A DNA stretch of 64,000 bases from NCBI GenBank assembly GCA_000165425.1, contig CT868363.1, forward strand, positions 124,001 to 188,000. The letters are read 5' to 3'. Each line of letters starts with the position of its first letter. Within the stretch, counting starts at the first letter, position 1. The notes under the pieces are model-generated. The model did not search any database, was not told the DNA's origin, and saw only the letters and a list, made by a program, of their open reading frames with translations. Position numbers and translations under genes: made by a program. This stretch comes from Paramecium tetraurelia (taxonomy: Eukaryota). Shown piece by piece: positions 37,748 to 51,832 of this stretch.

Positions 37748-40700
37748 TCATAATAATATTGCATATATTATCACTATTGATAATATTTGAAGATAACTGA
37801 CTACAGTTGTATTTGTATTGTTGACTTGTTGAGGAGAACAGGACTCGCAAGTATTGTTTACTGGATTCCACCTATATGTGTTTAAAGTGTTGAAATTGCA
37901 CTCAGTGCTTTGAAGATATCGTGGATCTACTGATTAGCATATTTCATTTGACCACAAACATGTACTTATAGTTTTACCACTGAAATCTTTGATATAATTG
38001 CATTGATTGAGAACTCCTTTGGTTTAGCAAGTGTGAGGGAGACAAGCAGTAGTCCCATTAGCAAATGAGTTCCAATTACATAAGTCACCCATTCTCTGAC
38101 AGGCTATCATATCAATAACTGCATCCTCACAAGATTTCATCAAATTACAATTAGATCCATTCCAAGCACATTGTCCATCTAGTCCTTTGAAAGTGCAAGC
38201 CAGATAATTTGGATAGATCTGACAATTCGTTTGGGATATGCACTGTGTTCCATCAGAAATGCAAGTTGAATTGTAACTTTAACATATAAAGTGATTGGTT
38301 CCATTTTTAATGTCAGTACATTCGAGAGCTCTACAACCAAAATTCGAAAAAAAGCATTTCCCATCAGTTCCTAAAGCAAGATTGCAGGTGATAAGATTAG
38401 AATATTGTTAACAAGGTTGCATAGTAATACAATTGGTACCATCTGAAGTACATCCTTTGAGTTTAGTTTGACAGGATTCATGTGTTTCTCCACTTAAATC
38501 TTCGCATAATTGATCCCTACATTTACCGTTAATCCATGCACAATATCCAGTTTGTAGTACTTAATTGCCAATCACTTTTTGGGGTTAAGAACTGATTTTG
38601 CATTGCTCCTTCTATTAGTAATTGAAACATTATTATAATTCATAGCATCCATTGAGAGTATCTGTTGTACATTTAGATGAAGCATTTTGACATTCACTGT
38701 GAGTTAAAAATGGTAAATCAGTACACTTGGCAAACAGTAGACATTTCTTAGATGACTCAATCCATTAACAATTTCCATCCAATCCTGTTTTGCAAGCTTC
38801 TTACAATCTATAATTAGCACATTTCTCCAATCCGACACATTAGAAACCATCAGTTGTGCATAAACTATTTGCAGACTTACAAACTCTATCTAGATTACTT
38901 AGAATGCTTTAACAAGAGAGAAAGAGTGTGCAACCAAACTCATACCATACACATGGTCCATCAACTCCTTTTAAGCATTGTTCTTTTAAGAGTATTTATG
39001 AGCAATATCTTGGTTAAATGCATTTGATTCCATCACTAACACAACCTTTTTTCTAAGTATCACAAAATTCATCATAAGTACCATCAAAATCCTCACATCT
39101 CTAAGATCTGCAAAAACCATCCTTCCAAACACAGATTTCCCCAGAGTTGGAGGTGGTGCATGCTTACTCTACATTTGCTTATGAACAAATAGTCTTTTAT
39201 CTGCAACCACCAAATAATTTAGTTGTGCAGCCTTCTTTATAGAGATTACATTCCACTTCTGTTTTATATGCTGGTGCAGTGCTACAAGATTTCAAAACAC
39301 ACTCTTGATTATACCATTCACATTCATTAAACGAATCATCTGTAACACAACCCGCACTATTTTTTACATCTTAACATTTCTTTCTGACTATGCAATTAGT
39401 ACCATTGGTTGTGCATTTACTATTGAAGTATTTGCATTCAAAATCTGTTGAGTACAGAAGATCATCACATTCTTCTAGTCTGCAATACTACATATTTGAA
39501 TAGCATAGGTTGGAGTGCTATTCACACAATTCAGGAGTCAGAGAATTACTAGGAGCATTAAAACATGTTCTATTCTCACAAGCAGGTATAGGTAATTCAG
39601 TATTCCAATAGCATAATTAATTCGATGTTGTTTTTACGCACTATTTACTTACTTTATAATCACTACACTCTGATTTCCTAGATTAACAACCATATCCAGT
39701 TTCCACTACTGTGCAACCATCCATATAATCTTAACAGGCATAGTCATTACTATAAGTTACAGTTGGTGGAGCAGTGGAACAAGCTCTGTTAGCACAAATT
39801 AATCCATTCCATCCACATAAGGAACCACTGCTATTTACTTTGCATTATCTTTCTGATGTATAGGTGCTGCAATCATTGAGAGCAACACAACCACCTAGTC
39901 CAGTTGCCACAACTGTACAATTTGAAAGATAGGCTTGGCATTCTTCATAAGTGTCTCTAGTGGCATCCTATGCAGCAGTAGCACATGATTTAATATTGCA
40001 AGTTCCTGATTACCATTCACAAGTGTCTCCAGTATTAGATATTACGCAAGATAGTTAAGTTGTAAATAGATTACATGCTACCAGAGGTATACAACCTCCT
40101 GAAGTATTTACTGTGCAAGTATTCAAGAAACTTTAACAATCTGCATGTGTAGTTATTGTTGATAATGCATTTGTGCAAATAGCATCTGCACATATTGATG
40201 GTTAAAGTATTCCAATAACATTTAACTCCAGATGAACTCTAATAACACTATGATTACTATTTGTAAGATGAACAAGTTGACAATTTATCTGTGCATCCTC
40301 CAAATCTAGCAACAGTACATGTATTCAAAAAATTGCTACATTTAGTATTATCATTATAATCGGTGGTTTGCGGAGCATGTTCGCATGTTCTAGTAACACA
40401 AGTAGTAGTATCCCAAAAGCAAACTGCACCAGAACTTGTGATATTACATTAGTTCTCAGCTGTGTAAGAAGTACATGAAGATTATAAAGCTGAACAAGCA
40501 GTTGCATCACTATTAACAGTACAAGTATTTAACCAATTATTGCAATTAGTATGGTTAAATGTACCTGAATATTAAGCACAAGTTCTATTCACACAGGTAC
40601 TTCCAATCCAAGCACATTTGACATTAGAACTACTAACCACGCATTAATTTTCAGTCACACCTCCTGTAGTGCAATTAGTTGGTTTAGTGACACATCCATT

Positions 40701-43700
40701 GTTAGTAGTATTGACAGTACAACTGCTTAACCAAGCTACACAATTAGCATGATTGGCAGTTCCAGTAAAGTTATTACATGCTCTATCCTTACAGGCATTC
40801 TAATGCCAAACACAAATATCACTATTAGTATCTTTAACACATTAGTTATAAGTTGCTGAGGAACAATTACCGACATTAGATGTACAAGTAGAAGGTTTAC
40901 TTAATTAACAAACACTCAACCAAGCCTGACAATTGGCTTATGTCCACGTACTAATACCAGTGGTATTTAGACATGTCTTATTAACACAAGCACTGTTAGT
41001 TGCATTGGCTGTGCATGTGGATAACCAGGCTAAACAATTAGCATGAGTATAAACAACTACATTGGCACCATAATTTGAACATGTTTTCAATTCACAATCT
41101 GTTCCAGTTGCATTAACTGTGCAATCAAACATCCAATTTTGACAACTTGCATGAGTGAATGTACTTACTTAGATTCCATGATTTGTACAAGTCATTTCTT
41201 CACAAGCTGTTCCTCCAAAGTTTACAGTACACTTAGTTAACCAGTATTAACAATTAGCATGATTAAAAACGGTCACTGCACTTCCATGATTAGTACATGT
41301 TCTTGTAGATCCACAAGATGTTGAATCTGCAACAGTGCATTAATCTAAATAGTTATAACAATTAGTATGATTGAATACACTTACATTATTCTTCCAACAA
41401 GTGTATGGTTCACATGCATTACCCAAGGTTGTTACCTTACAATACTTCCACCATGCAGAACAATTGGCATTACTAAATATGGTTATGTTGCTTCCGTGAT
41501 TTGTACATGATCTAATTTCACAGCCAGTTCCTTCAATATTCGCAGTACAAGTTGATAACCAATCAGAACATGTGGCATGACTGAATTTTGTTAAATTATT
41601 ATTATAACAATTCTTTTCAATACATCCATCATTTGTAGTATTTACTGTGCATAGTGGAGACCAGGAGCTGCATGTGCTCACAGTAAATGTACTTAAACTA
41701 TGATTATAGCAATTCCTCAAACTATAGCATTATGCTTGAGATGCAGAATCGGCATAACAATATGATAACCATGCCACACAATTAGTCTAATTGATCGTAC
41801 CTGTATAATTTGCACATGTCTTATTAATGCATGCATTCTTCCCATTTGTACAAGTACTTAACCAAGCTGTGCAATTGGCTTGTGTAAATTGAGTAACAGT
41901 GCTATTACTACAAGTTTTAGCAGTACAACCATCATTAGTATCATTTACAGTACATGTACTTAACCAAGTAGAACAGCTATTATAATTGTAGAATGAAAGA
42001 GATGCATTTTAACATGTTCTATCATCACAACCATTATTTGATGAATTCACAGTGCAGCTACTCAACCAATTTGAACAATTTTAATGTGTATACGAAGGTA
42101 ACTCCTATGCATTACTACAAGTTCTTGCTAAACAAGAAGATTGAGTAGGGTCAGGAACACATTAACTTAGATATTCTGAACAGGTCTACAATGTAAAAGT
42201 TTATATTTAAGTAGTGTAACTGGTACATGTTCTACTTGTCTTACAAGCTGTGGATCCATTATTCGTACAGTAATATAACCAATATGAACAAGTTGCAGAA
42301 GTGAAACTGGTTAATTAATTGCCATAATTTGTACATGTCCTTATTTCACATCCAGTATTTGAGGAGTTGGCTTTGCAGGTATTCAACCATTACCCACAAG
42401 TCTGATCATTAAACACACTCAAATTAGTATTAAAGCAAGTCTTATTCATACATCCATTATTTGTGGTATTCACTGTACAATAAGATGACCACGCTTCGCA
42501 ATTAATGTGATTGAATGTTAAAATATTGATCCCATAATTATTACAAGTACGATCAGTCATACAAGTGTTTCCTGCTGAATTTACTCTACAATAAGACAAC
42601 CAATTTTAACAATTGGCTTAGTTTATTGTTCCCAATGAATGATTCTAGCATGTCTTTAATTCACAATATTAAGGCCAAATTGCATTATTGGCTTTGCAAT
42701 AAGGCAACCAATCACTGCAATTTGCCAATGTTACATCACTACCAACCAAACCTGAATTACTACAAGTCTTATCTACACAACTTCCATTAATGTAAGCACA
42801 GGTGGATTTCCAGGCAGTGCATGTATATGACGTTAATTTATATTACTGCACTTATACTTATATTACTACAAGTCTTTTAAATGCAAGCATTGCCACCACC
42901 ATTACTAGTACAATTACTATTCCAATTTTCGCAATTGACATGGGTAAATGTTGTAACTGCAGATCCATGATTAGTGCAAGTTCTTCTGGTCATGCACTTT
43001 GTATTTGTTGTATTTGCTACACAATAAGACAGATATGATTAACAATTGCTATCATTGATAGTACCAGAATAGTTATCACATGTTTTAGGCATACAACCCT
43101 AGGTTTTGTAATTAGTGCATGTTGACAACCAAGATTCACAAGTGCTTGAATTGTACAACAATAAATTGGTTGAGTAGTTATAACATGTTCTATCCTTACA
43201 TCCTGTATTACTATCATTTGTACAAGTGGATAACCAAGCTGAACACTATGAGTCTGTATACACTGAGAGATAAGGGTTTGAGCAACTTCTTACTTCACAA
43301 TTATTGTTATCACTTTTAACAGAGCATCTAGTGTCCCAAGCTTGACAATTAAAAAAGTTATATGTTGTAACAGAAGTTGTAGTGCAACTGGCCTCACAAG
43401 CTGTTTTGGAAGAATTAGCCTTGCAATTTACGAACCAGTTAACGCAATTGACATCATTAAAGACCTAATAAACATATGAATAGTTGGTGCAATTTTTCTT
43501 TTCGCAGCCTGTAGATGTTGAATTAATTGTACATAAAGAATTCCAAGCTTTAACAATTATTAAAAGAAGGCGATGATTCTGAAAAATTGGAACAAGTTTT
43601 TTCAACACATATTGAATTTACACTATCAAAAGTACATGTTGATAGCCAAGCATTGCATTATGCATAAGATGTTGGATTAGATTGATTTGCACTGACATAA

Positions 43701-46700
43701 TTAGAACATGATCTTTCTTCACAACCATAATTGCCAGAACCTCTATGAGCACATCCAGCTTTCCAAGAATCACATCCTGCTTAATCAACAACATCAAAAC
43801 CATTATCATGAGCTGTAACAGCACTAGCACATGTTCTGACCGTGGTAGTACATTACGAAGTATTATCATAATTTCCATAATAGGTGCATCCAGTAAAGTA
43901 GTTGTTACAATTAACTTTGGATAAAGTACCTCTAAAAGTAAGGCATGTTTTATCAATGCAAAAACCATCAGATATGTCTAATTCACAAGTAGATAGCCAA
44001 GAGTTTGTACAATCAAATGATGAATCAACAGTTTGGGAATTAACTGCATTGGCACAAGTCTTAGTTTCGCATCCATCTGCTGCACTATTGACTGTGCAAG
44101 ATGATAACCATCTGTCGCAATCAGAATGAGTGTAGGAACCACTTCCAAGGGCGAGAACACGAGCAGCATTATCACAAGTAATATCTTCGCAATTGTCGGC
44201 ATCAGTATTTACAGTGCATGTAGATTTATGGGATTTGCAATCTGTGTCTGTGAATGAGGCTATAACATTGGCTGCAGTTGAGCAAAGGAAATCAATGCAT
44301 CCATTGCCATTGGAATTCACTGTACAGGTGTTCTTGTAAGTATTACAATTGGTATGATCAAAAGTATTTAATTATGCATTAACACAAGTAAATTCAATGC
44401 AACTAGTTCCAGTATCGCTAGTTCCAGCTTTATTGTACGTACAAGTACTTTTCCATCCAGAACAAGTGGCGTGATCAAAAGTGTTTAGATTAGAAACTGC
44501 ATTACTACAAGTGCTTAACAGTTTCACAATTATCTGCTGCAAAATTAGCAATGCATCCAGTCAACCACGTATCACAATTATTTAAATTGAAATTGCCAGC
44601 AGTTAGATTACTATTAGTACAAGTCTTAGCTACACAAGAGAGTCCATCTGCTGCAACTGTGCAATCTGATAACCAAGAATAGCAATTGGAATGATTAAAT
44701 GTCGTGACGTTACTTGCATAATTAGTACATGTACGTGTACTGACACAATTATCAAGAGAATCATTTACCTTACAATACGAATACCATTTATAACAATTGG
44801 CCTCAGTATAGGAACTGATTCCAGTTGAACAATTACTGCAAGATCTAGCTTCACACACACTGCCTGTTCCAGTACAACCATCTAACCAAGCATTACAATT
44901 AGCATAATTAAACACAGTCACATTACTTCCATAATTTGTACATGTCCTATCAATACAAGCTGTGGTTCCAGAGTCAACTGTACATGTACTCAACCAATTG
45001 CTGCAATTTTCATGAGTAAATTCTTTGATATAAGACCCATAATTAGAACATGTACGTTCACTAATGCATCCATCATTTGTTGAATTAACATTGCAACCGT
45101 ATAGCCAATTCGAACACGTAGCAGTTGTGAATGTAGTTACATAATCTCCATAGTTATAACATGTTCTATATTAACATCCAGTACCATCTGAGTTAGCTGT
45201 ACATTCCAAATACCATTCAGTACATTTTTAATGATTAAATGTTGTTATACCCTAAGATGCTAATTAGCAAGTTCTAACTATACATTTTGTGGTTCCAGAA
45301 TTGGTGCATGTACTTAAATAACTTGTACAATTTGCATGAGTAATAGATCCTGAAAAAGATCCACATATTGTGTTTGTAGAATCCCTGCAAGTAGATCCTC
45401 CTCCAACGCAACCACTCTTCCAACTATTGCAATTCGTATTGTCTATCACTGCGACTTCGCTTCCATGATTATAACAGGTTTTAGTTTCACAGGCAGTACC
45501 TGCAACATTACTAGTACATGTTGATAACCAACCATTGCATGTTGCATGACTTATTGTGGTTAATTGATCCCTATAATTTGTGCAAGTTCTGCTGGTACAT
45601 TAAGTACCATTAGTATCAGATGTGCAAGTACTGAGCCATTCTGAACAAATAGCATGAGTGAATGTTGAAAATACCAAACTAGCTTTGGAACAATTCTTTG
45701 TCATACAAGTTGTAGATGTATTCTTAGTACAACTTAAGGAATAAGCCTCACAATTACTATGATCATATTGATAACCTGTTGGAGCACTTGTACATATTCT
45801 ACTTTCTTAGCATGTTGAGGTGGCTCCATTACAGGAGGGGTGCCATTTATTACAATCTGCATTTGTGAATGATGTGACATGACTACCATAATTAGTACAT
45901 GTCTTTACTGTACATCCTGTATTAGTACTATTGACTGTGCATTAAAATAACCAATTTTCGCATGATTCATGTGTAAAATAAGAGATAAATCCTTTATGAT
46001 TATAGCAATTTCTCCACTCACAAGCACTAGATGCTGAATTACTGGTACACAATTTATAGAAGTTGGTGCATGTTTTATGATTGTAGGTTGTTATTCCTGA
46101 TGGAGATGCACAACTCTTATTTGTGCAATATGATCCACTTACATATGTACATGATTCTAGATAATTACCACAACTAGTAGCATTGTTGAATGCTCCAGAA
46201 GTACAAGCATTAGTTGACTCACAAGCAGTTCCATTTACATTGGCTTGACATTCAGATAACCAAGCCTAACAATTAGAAGTATTAAAAGTAGTTATTTATT
46301 GAGCAGTATTAGTGCAGGATTTGGTTTCACAACCCAACTTATCCCAAGTTACAGTACATGAAGAGAGCCAAGCATTACAAGAATCATGAGTAAAGAATAG
46401 AATATTCTGACCATAATTAGTGCAAGTTCTAGCTGTACAAGCTGTATTAGTATTAGTACATGATGATAACCAATTTGTACAATTTGTATGATTAAATATA
46501 GTAACTTTGCTTCCGTAATTAGCACATGTTCTAGCACTCTTACAAGCAGTTGACCCATCATTTGTACATTCACTAAACCAAGCTGAACAATTTGAATTAT
46601 TAAATGTAGTCACATTTGAACCATAATTAGTACAAGTCTTATACACACATTAAGATCCATCAGTTGTACAATCAGTTAACCAAGTATTACAATCAGAATG

Positions 46701-49700
46701 TGTGAATGTAGCTCCTGTATAATTGGCACAAGTTCTTGTAGTTTCACATTCGGTACCACCTGGATTAACAGAACAGGAGGATAGCCAATTGTTACAGTTA
46801 GTTTAATTAAATACCGTGACTGAAAAGCCATGATTAGTACATGTCTTTTCAATACATGCATCATTATACCAAGTACAAGGGTAATCTGAATAATTCTTAT
46901 AACATTAGTCATAGTTAACATAATCAGCACAATTTGTTGGTTTCTAAATGCAACTTGTAGGAGGACCTGCAGTGCATGAAGACAACCAAGTATTACAAGT
47001 GGAATGATTAAAATCTGTTATATTTTAAGTAGTAGAACAAGTTCTTGTGACACAAGATGAACCATTCCAAGTGCAGTATCCATTACTAGTGGATAACTCA
47101 CAATTATCTACATTCGTATACTGACTACACAAAGATTTCTATGTCATACAACTTGTATGAGGTGAATTGTTATCAACAACGCATCCAGATAACCAATTTT
47201 TACAGTTTTATTATGTATAAGTAAATCCAATCATTAATGAACAGGCTCTATTCTTGCAATAAGGTGTAGCGAGAGTTGTGTCCCAAGTACATATCGTGCC
47301 TGAACTATCATTAATACATTATTGCTCTGTAAGATCTTAACAAGAACTTTATCTAGTAGTACAACCTAGATTACTAATTCTCCTGACTACGGTGCAAGTA
47401 TTAAGAAAAGAACTACATTCTGTATCAGCATCGAATTCATTTGTATCAGGAGCATATGAACATTGTCGATTGTAACAATAGTTATATTACCAAGCGCATT
47501 TCTAGCCATTGGATGCTAATTAACAAGATCTAAATGTTGTGTATGAGGAACAAGCGCCCAATTGGGTCATGCAGCCTCCGATACCTGTAGCAACTACAGT
47601 ACATGAAGCCAGAAATGTATAGCATTCTTAATGAGTATCATAATTAGTAGAGACAGGAGCATTGGCACAAGTCCTGTTAACACAAGAGCTTACCCAAACG
47701 CATGGTCCTCCAAGTGAATTAGTTGAAGTATCTGTACATTAAGTACTTGTACTCATCATATTACAACTAGTAGGTTTTTCTACACATCCCTAACCACTTG
47801 GAGCAACGATACATCCAACTAAATAGGCATCGCATTTTTCATTTGTGTCATGATCTGCATCTTAAGGGGCTGTTGTACAGGACTTATCATAACAAGCATT
47901 ACCAGTCCACTCACAAAGTTAATTGGAATTATTGAATCGACAGCTTCTTTAGGCAGTGTAGGTAGTACATGCATCCAAAGGAATGCAACCTCCATTACCT
48001 TCACTTGCTACTGTGCATCCACTCAGATACATATCACATTGCTTCATAAGTATCGTAATCAGATGTGTAGGGGGCAGTGAAGCAAGCTTTGTCATAACAG
48101 GCTCCTTCGAACCAACCACAAATCTAACCACTAGATGTAATGTAACACTGTTCCTCTAGCACTAATTGATTGCATTAAACTGGTCTTGTTATGCATCCAC
48201 GTCCACTGTTGGCAATGGTGCATGAACTCAAATATGTCTTGCATTTCAAATCTGAATTATATTCAAATGGAGCATTAGCACAAGTCTTTGAATAGCATAG
48301 ACCTGTCCAATAGCAACGATTGCCATTTAGATCTACCTTACACGTATTTTGGGATGTAAGAACTTAACATGTCATTTTAACACATCCAATTAGTGTTCTT
48401 GCCACAGTACATTCCTTGTTGAAATCTTGACATTATTCATGACTAGTAAAAGAGATGGGAGCATTTTCACAAATTCTTAAGGCACACACACCATTGTAGA
48501 AGAAGCAGTTTCTTCCGTATTTATCTACCACACAAGCAATTTTCAACATCTATATCACTGCATTCATTTAATAATTTGCATCCTCCACCTAGTTTTGTGA
48601 TACAACCCTCTTTGTATTTATTGCAATCATAATTAGTTTAGAGAAAGGTTGTTGCAGTAGTAGGAGCATTATCACAAGTTCTCTCTGAACACCCTTTAAA
48701 AGTAGTATTGTTTACAGTGCAATCTTCTTTATAATTAGCGCATTGTTCGTGTGTAACATAATCTAAAGGAGCACTTTGACATGTATACAATACACAAGTG
48801 TTACCTGTCCAAAAGCATTTATTATCTTTTGCATCTATTTTACAACTCTCCTCCAAATCATATTTTGAACAATCAGAAATACTCATGCATCCGCCTACAG
48901 ATTTAGATACACAATTTTCTAAAAATGTTGAGCAAGCAATATTCTAAGGTGCATTTTCACAATTCTTATCATAACATTTACCATCATTCCAAAAACACAA
49001 TGATCCATTTGCATTGTATGTACATGACTCCTTTAATATTACATCATTACATTATGTTCTTTATCTGCACCCTCCTTCTATATCTAATGTGCAACTCTAA
49101 AAATATTCTGAACAAGCTGCATCTGTTCTAATAGATTTTGGTGCCGTTTAACATGATCTATCCATGCATTTACCATCAACCCATGCACATTATCCCAATT
49201 TCTGGTTGTAATAGCATTGCATCTCAAATTCTTAATCTTCGCAATTGTATCCACTCACCTGACATCCACCTCTTGGATTTACTGTGCAATATGACAATTA
49301 TTCACGACATTCAACATCTGTCTTGAATGAAACTGGCAGTTTGCTGCAATCAGTTGCATTCATACAATACTAATCCCAATAGCAATACTTTCCATTTTTA
49401 TTTTTAACACATGATATAGGAGTAGAATATGAATTACACTCTGCTAGTTCAACACATTTTTCACCATCAGTGATACACTTACTCGAAACCATTTAGCAAA
49501 GCTTCTGAACGCTAAAAGGATAACTGGAACATGATGTAAATTAAACACATTCATTTAAAATGTAAGCACATCCATCCATTTTCCAGCATTTATCAGACCC
49601 AAATTGAGTGCAGTAACTATTATTTTTAGTGTTAGTGTTTGTATTCGTTTCTTCAGTTGTTGATTTCATTTCACATCTGAGCTATAGGTTGTTCCAAACA

Positions 49701-49831
49701 CAATTTAAATTTCTATAGCAATCATATTCAAAAAGTTGAGTACATGAACATGGCGAACTTAAACTAATATTTGTTGTGTCACTCTATACTAGATAAATAC
49801 ACATCAACAAAAATACTAATACTAACTTCAT
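37748..49831 (-). CDS. Giant Cys-rich GPI-anchored surface-antigen-family (PSA-repeat) protein, ~4,025 aa, interrupted by at least six +1 frameshifts as assembled
   Basis: Signal peptide MKLVLVFLLMCIYLVQS; Paramecium surface antigen Cys periodicity (C.WNG..C..KSC.TAP....T...C..YL..CTV....GC); hydrophobic GPI signal SYLQILSIVIIYAILL before TGA at 37748-37750. No introns seen. Frame changes at ~48540, 48042, 44513, 43550, 42850 and 40200. Confidence 0.88.
40900..47000 (-). repeat. Array of roughly 55-60 divergent ~33-36-codon, 4-Cys protein repeats in the centre of the surface-antigen gene
   Basis: Recurrent unit RTCxNYGxxVTxFNHxNCxxWLSxCTVNxxxxGC, visible in ORF-track fragments 44505-44993, 46296-46646, 41340-41720 and 42390-42599. 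Unit count is estimated from length. Confidence 0.8.
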
Positions 49832-50354
49832 TATAAAATTATATTATTATACACAAATTTAAAGTAGTTCACAATTTAATCTACCCACTAGCAAAAATGG
49901 AATACTTTCAAAAAATGAATTCCCCTAAAGCCTCTTACATTACATCCATCATTATTAATTAAATAACGACCTAAATAAATCATCCTTCTTTGTGTTTCAA
50001 TTCAACCTAACAACGTTATGCCAAACAAATTAAACTTATGATTGATAATCAACTCCACTTGTATGTTTAAATCCACAAATTCTTTTCAAAATACTCTTTG
50101 TAAATATAACTAAAATTTAACGCAAATGTAAATACACAAATTCTATTCAAAAAATTGTGTTCTTTGAAATTAGAATAAATTTTCTAGTTTATTGTATCAA
50201 AATACTGAATAAAGTGAAAACTTTGAAAATGCTATTTAGACATAAATTATTGAGAATATGTCTGTAATTACATAAATTTAATTAGATATAAGAACAACAA
50301 AATCTATTATTCAATATTAAATTAGTTTAATTGATAATTATATACAAGCAATCA

Positions 50355-51221
50355 TCATAAAACCAAGTATTTATTAGTTCGTGCAACATATTATTCATAA
50401 ATTTCCCCTCTCTTCTTTTTCATATGAGCTTCTGTTAATGGAGTTGTAAGAAATTCCATTACACAAAACAAAGCAACTGGCCCAATCAAAGCGCAAACAC
50501 TTATTGCATCATATATTGCTGCCATAGAAAAGCAGAACCAAGTAACTAAATCAAAAAACAAATTTGGATGACGACTCTTTCTCCAAAGTCCAGTTTCTAT
50601 CAACTCTTCTTTTGGTATCAAACCCTATTGTTTTAACTTCTTAAATCTCTCTAATTGTATATCTAAAATTTTCTATTTAATTTACCTGCACTTGCTTCTA
50701 AGCAAATACTGAAAGGAATGATTGACAATGCGATGTAATTCATCACGTTCAAACCATTGAAACTATCTGGTTCCCAAGTGAGATCATTTAGAAACAAGAA
50801 ATATAATGGAATGCTGGTGACAAATACAATCAATCCTTAGAACATAAATTAGACCAGCACCATTACATCTTTCTTAAATTTATCGGCGCTGTATTCACTA
50901 AAGATATTATCGTATCTCTCATCCTTAAATCCAGCCAAAACTCTTGTCACACACAAAAATCCACCAAGTCTTAATGACCATAATGCAACAAGAACAATGT
51001 TGATCTTAAAATTTAAAACTTATTATTACAATCCTTGCTGGAGTTGATATGCTCGAGAAAACACAGTAGACTACTCCTGCAACTAAATGGCTTATGGAGT
51101 ATGCTACATCCACTATGCATTCATGATTTCCACCAATCTTATAGACCATATAGAAAATGAGTTTGTTAATCAGGATGGCTGGCAATGCCCAAATCAAAGC
51201 GACATCTACAAAATAAACCAT
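50355..51221 (-). CDS. DUF1295 / steroid 5-alpha-reductase-like membrane protein
   Basis: IVDVAYS, WSLRLGGFL, DERY, EASADIQL and ETGLWRKSRHPNLF motifs; two introns. Confidence 0.85.
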
Positions 51222-51369
51222 GTGGTTCTTATTAAATAGTTTTAATATTATTTGAGAATTCTTAAAACTTCTGTTTATAAATTAGATTATTCCTAATTAA
51301 TTTTTACGTCGTATGATAAAATAATATATTTTTTTTTATGATCAAATATTATGTAGGCACTTAAATTAT

Positions 51370-51832
51370 CTCTTCTCATAATGTTTTCCAGTTCAGATAC
51401 TCATGTTGCAGATAATTCTCTCTTAAGTTTAATCGAAAACTCAATAATCATGCAAATATCCTAAACCCATTAATAATCTATTCATAACTTTGAATAATTG
51501 TACCATTAATGAATGTTCCAAAATCCTCAAAGTCTTCAAAGTATTATATGCAAGTGAAGTGTTTAATTAATTAAACCTGGATTTTCTATTATCATGCTTA
51601 TTGGTAACAAATATTCTAATTTTTAACCTCTTTCAATTTATATCTACTTGAATGTACTGAATTTTCTAATTTCTCATTTGATGATTTATATTTCTTATAT
51701 ATGTAATCAATTTCTTTTGAATATCTTGAAACTGTGAAGTTTAGAACATACCCCAATACAATAAGGCAATTCGCATTTAGATCATTTATATTTTTTAGGC
51801 TCAAAACAACAAATACATAATTAATTAATCAT
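51370..51832 (-). pseudogene. HIT-type zinc-finger (ZNHIT3/Hit1-like) reading frame with in-frame TGA, probable pseudogene
   Basis: MINQLCICCFEPKKYK[TGA 51782-51784]SKCELPYCIGVCSKLH fits C-x2-C-x7-C-x2-C-x4-C-x3-C-x3-H. Downstream sequence is degenerate, with more stops. Confidence 0.6.

Noticed and set aside
40900..47000. Regularly spaced repeats suggestive of a CRISPR array or satellite
   Set aside because: Repeats are conserved at the protein level with synonymous divergence, there are no identical DNA direct repeats, and the context is eukaryotic.
40195..48545. Euplotes-type programmed +1 frameshifting or retained IESs as the cause of the frame breaks
   Set aside because: No AAA-stop slippery motif is shared by the sites and TAA is a sense codon here. 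Each break is explained by one extra base rather than a TA-bounded insert of 26 bp or more. Kept only as a remote alternative.
42802..49326. Several short + strand and off-frame minus-strand ORFs (e.g. 42802-43038, 43618-43968, 43902-44129, 47850-48080, 48925-49131)
   Set aside because: Shadow or alternate frames of the Cys-rich surface-antigen CDS, with no independent coding features.
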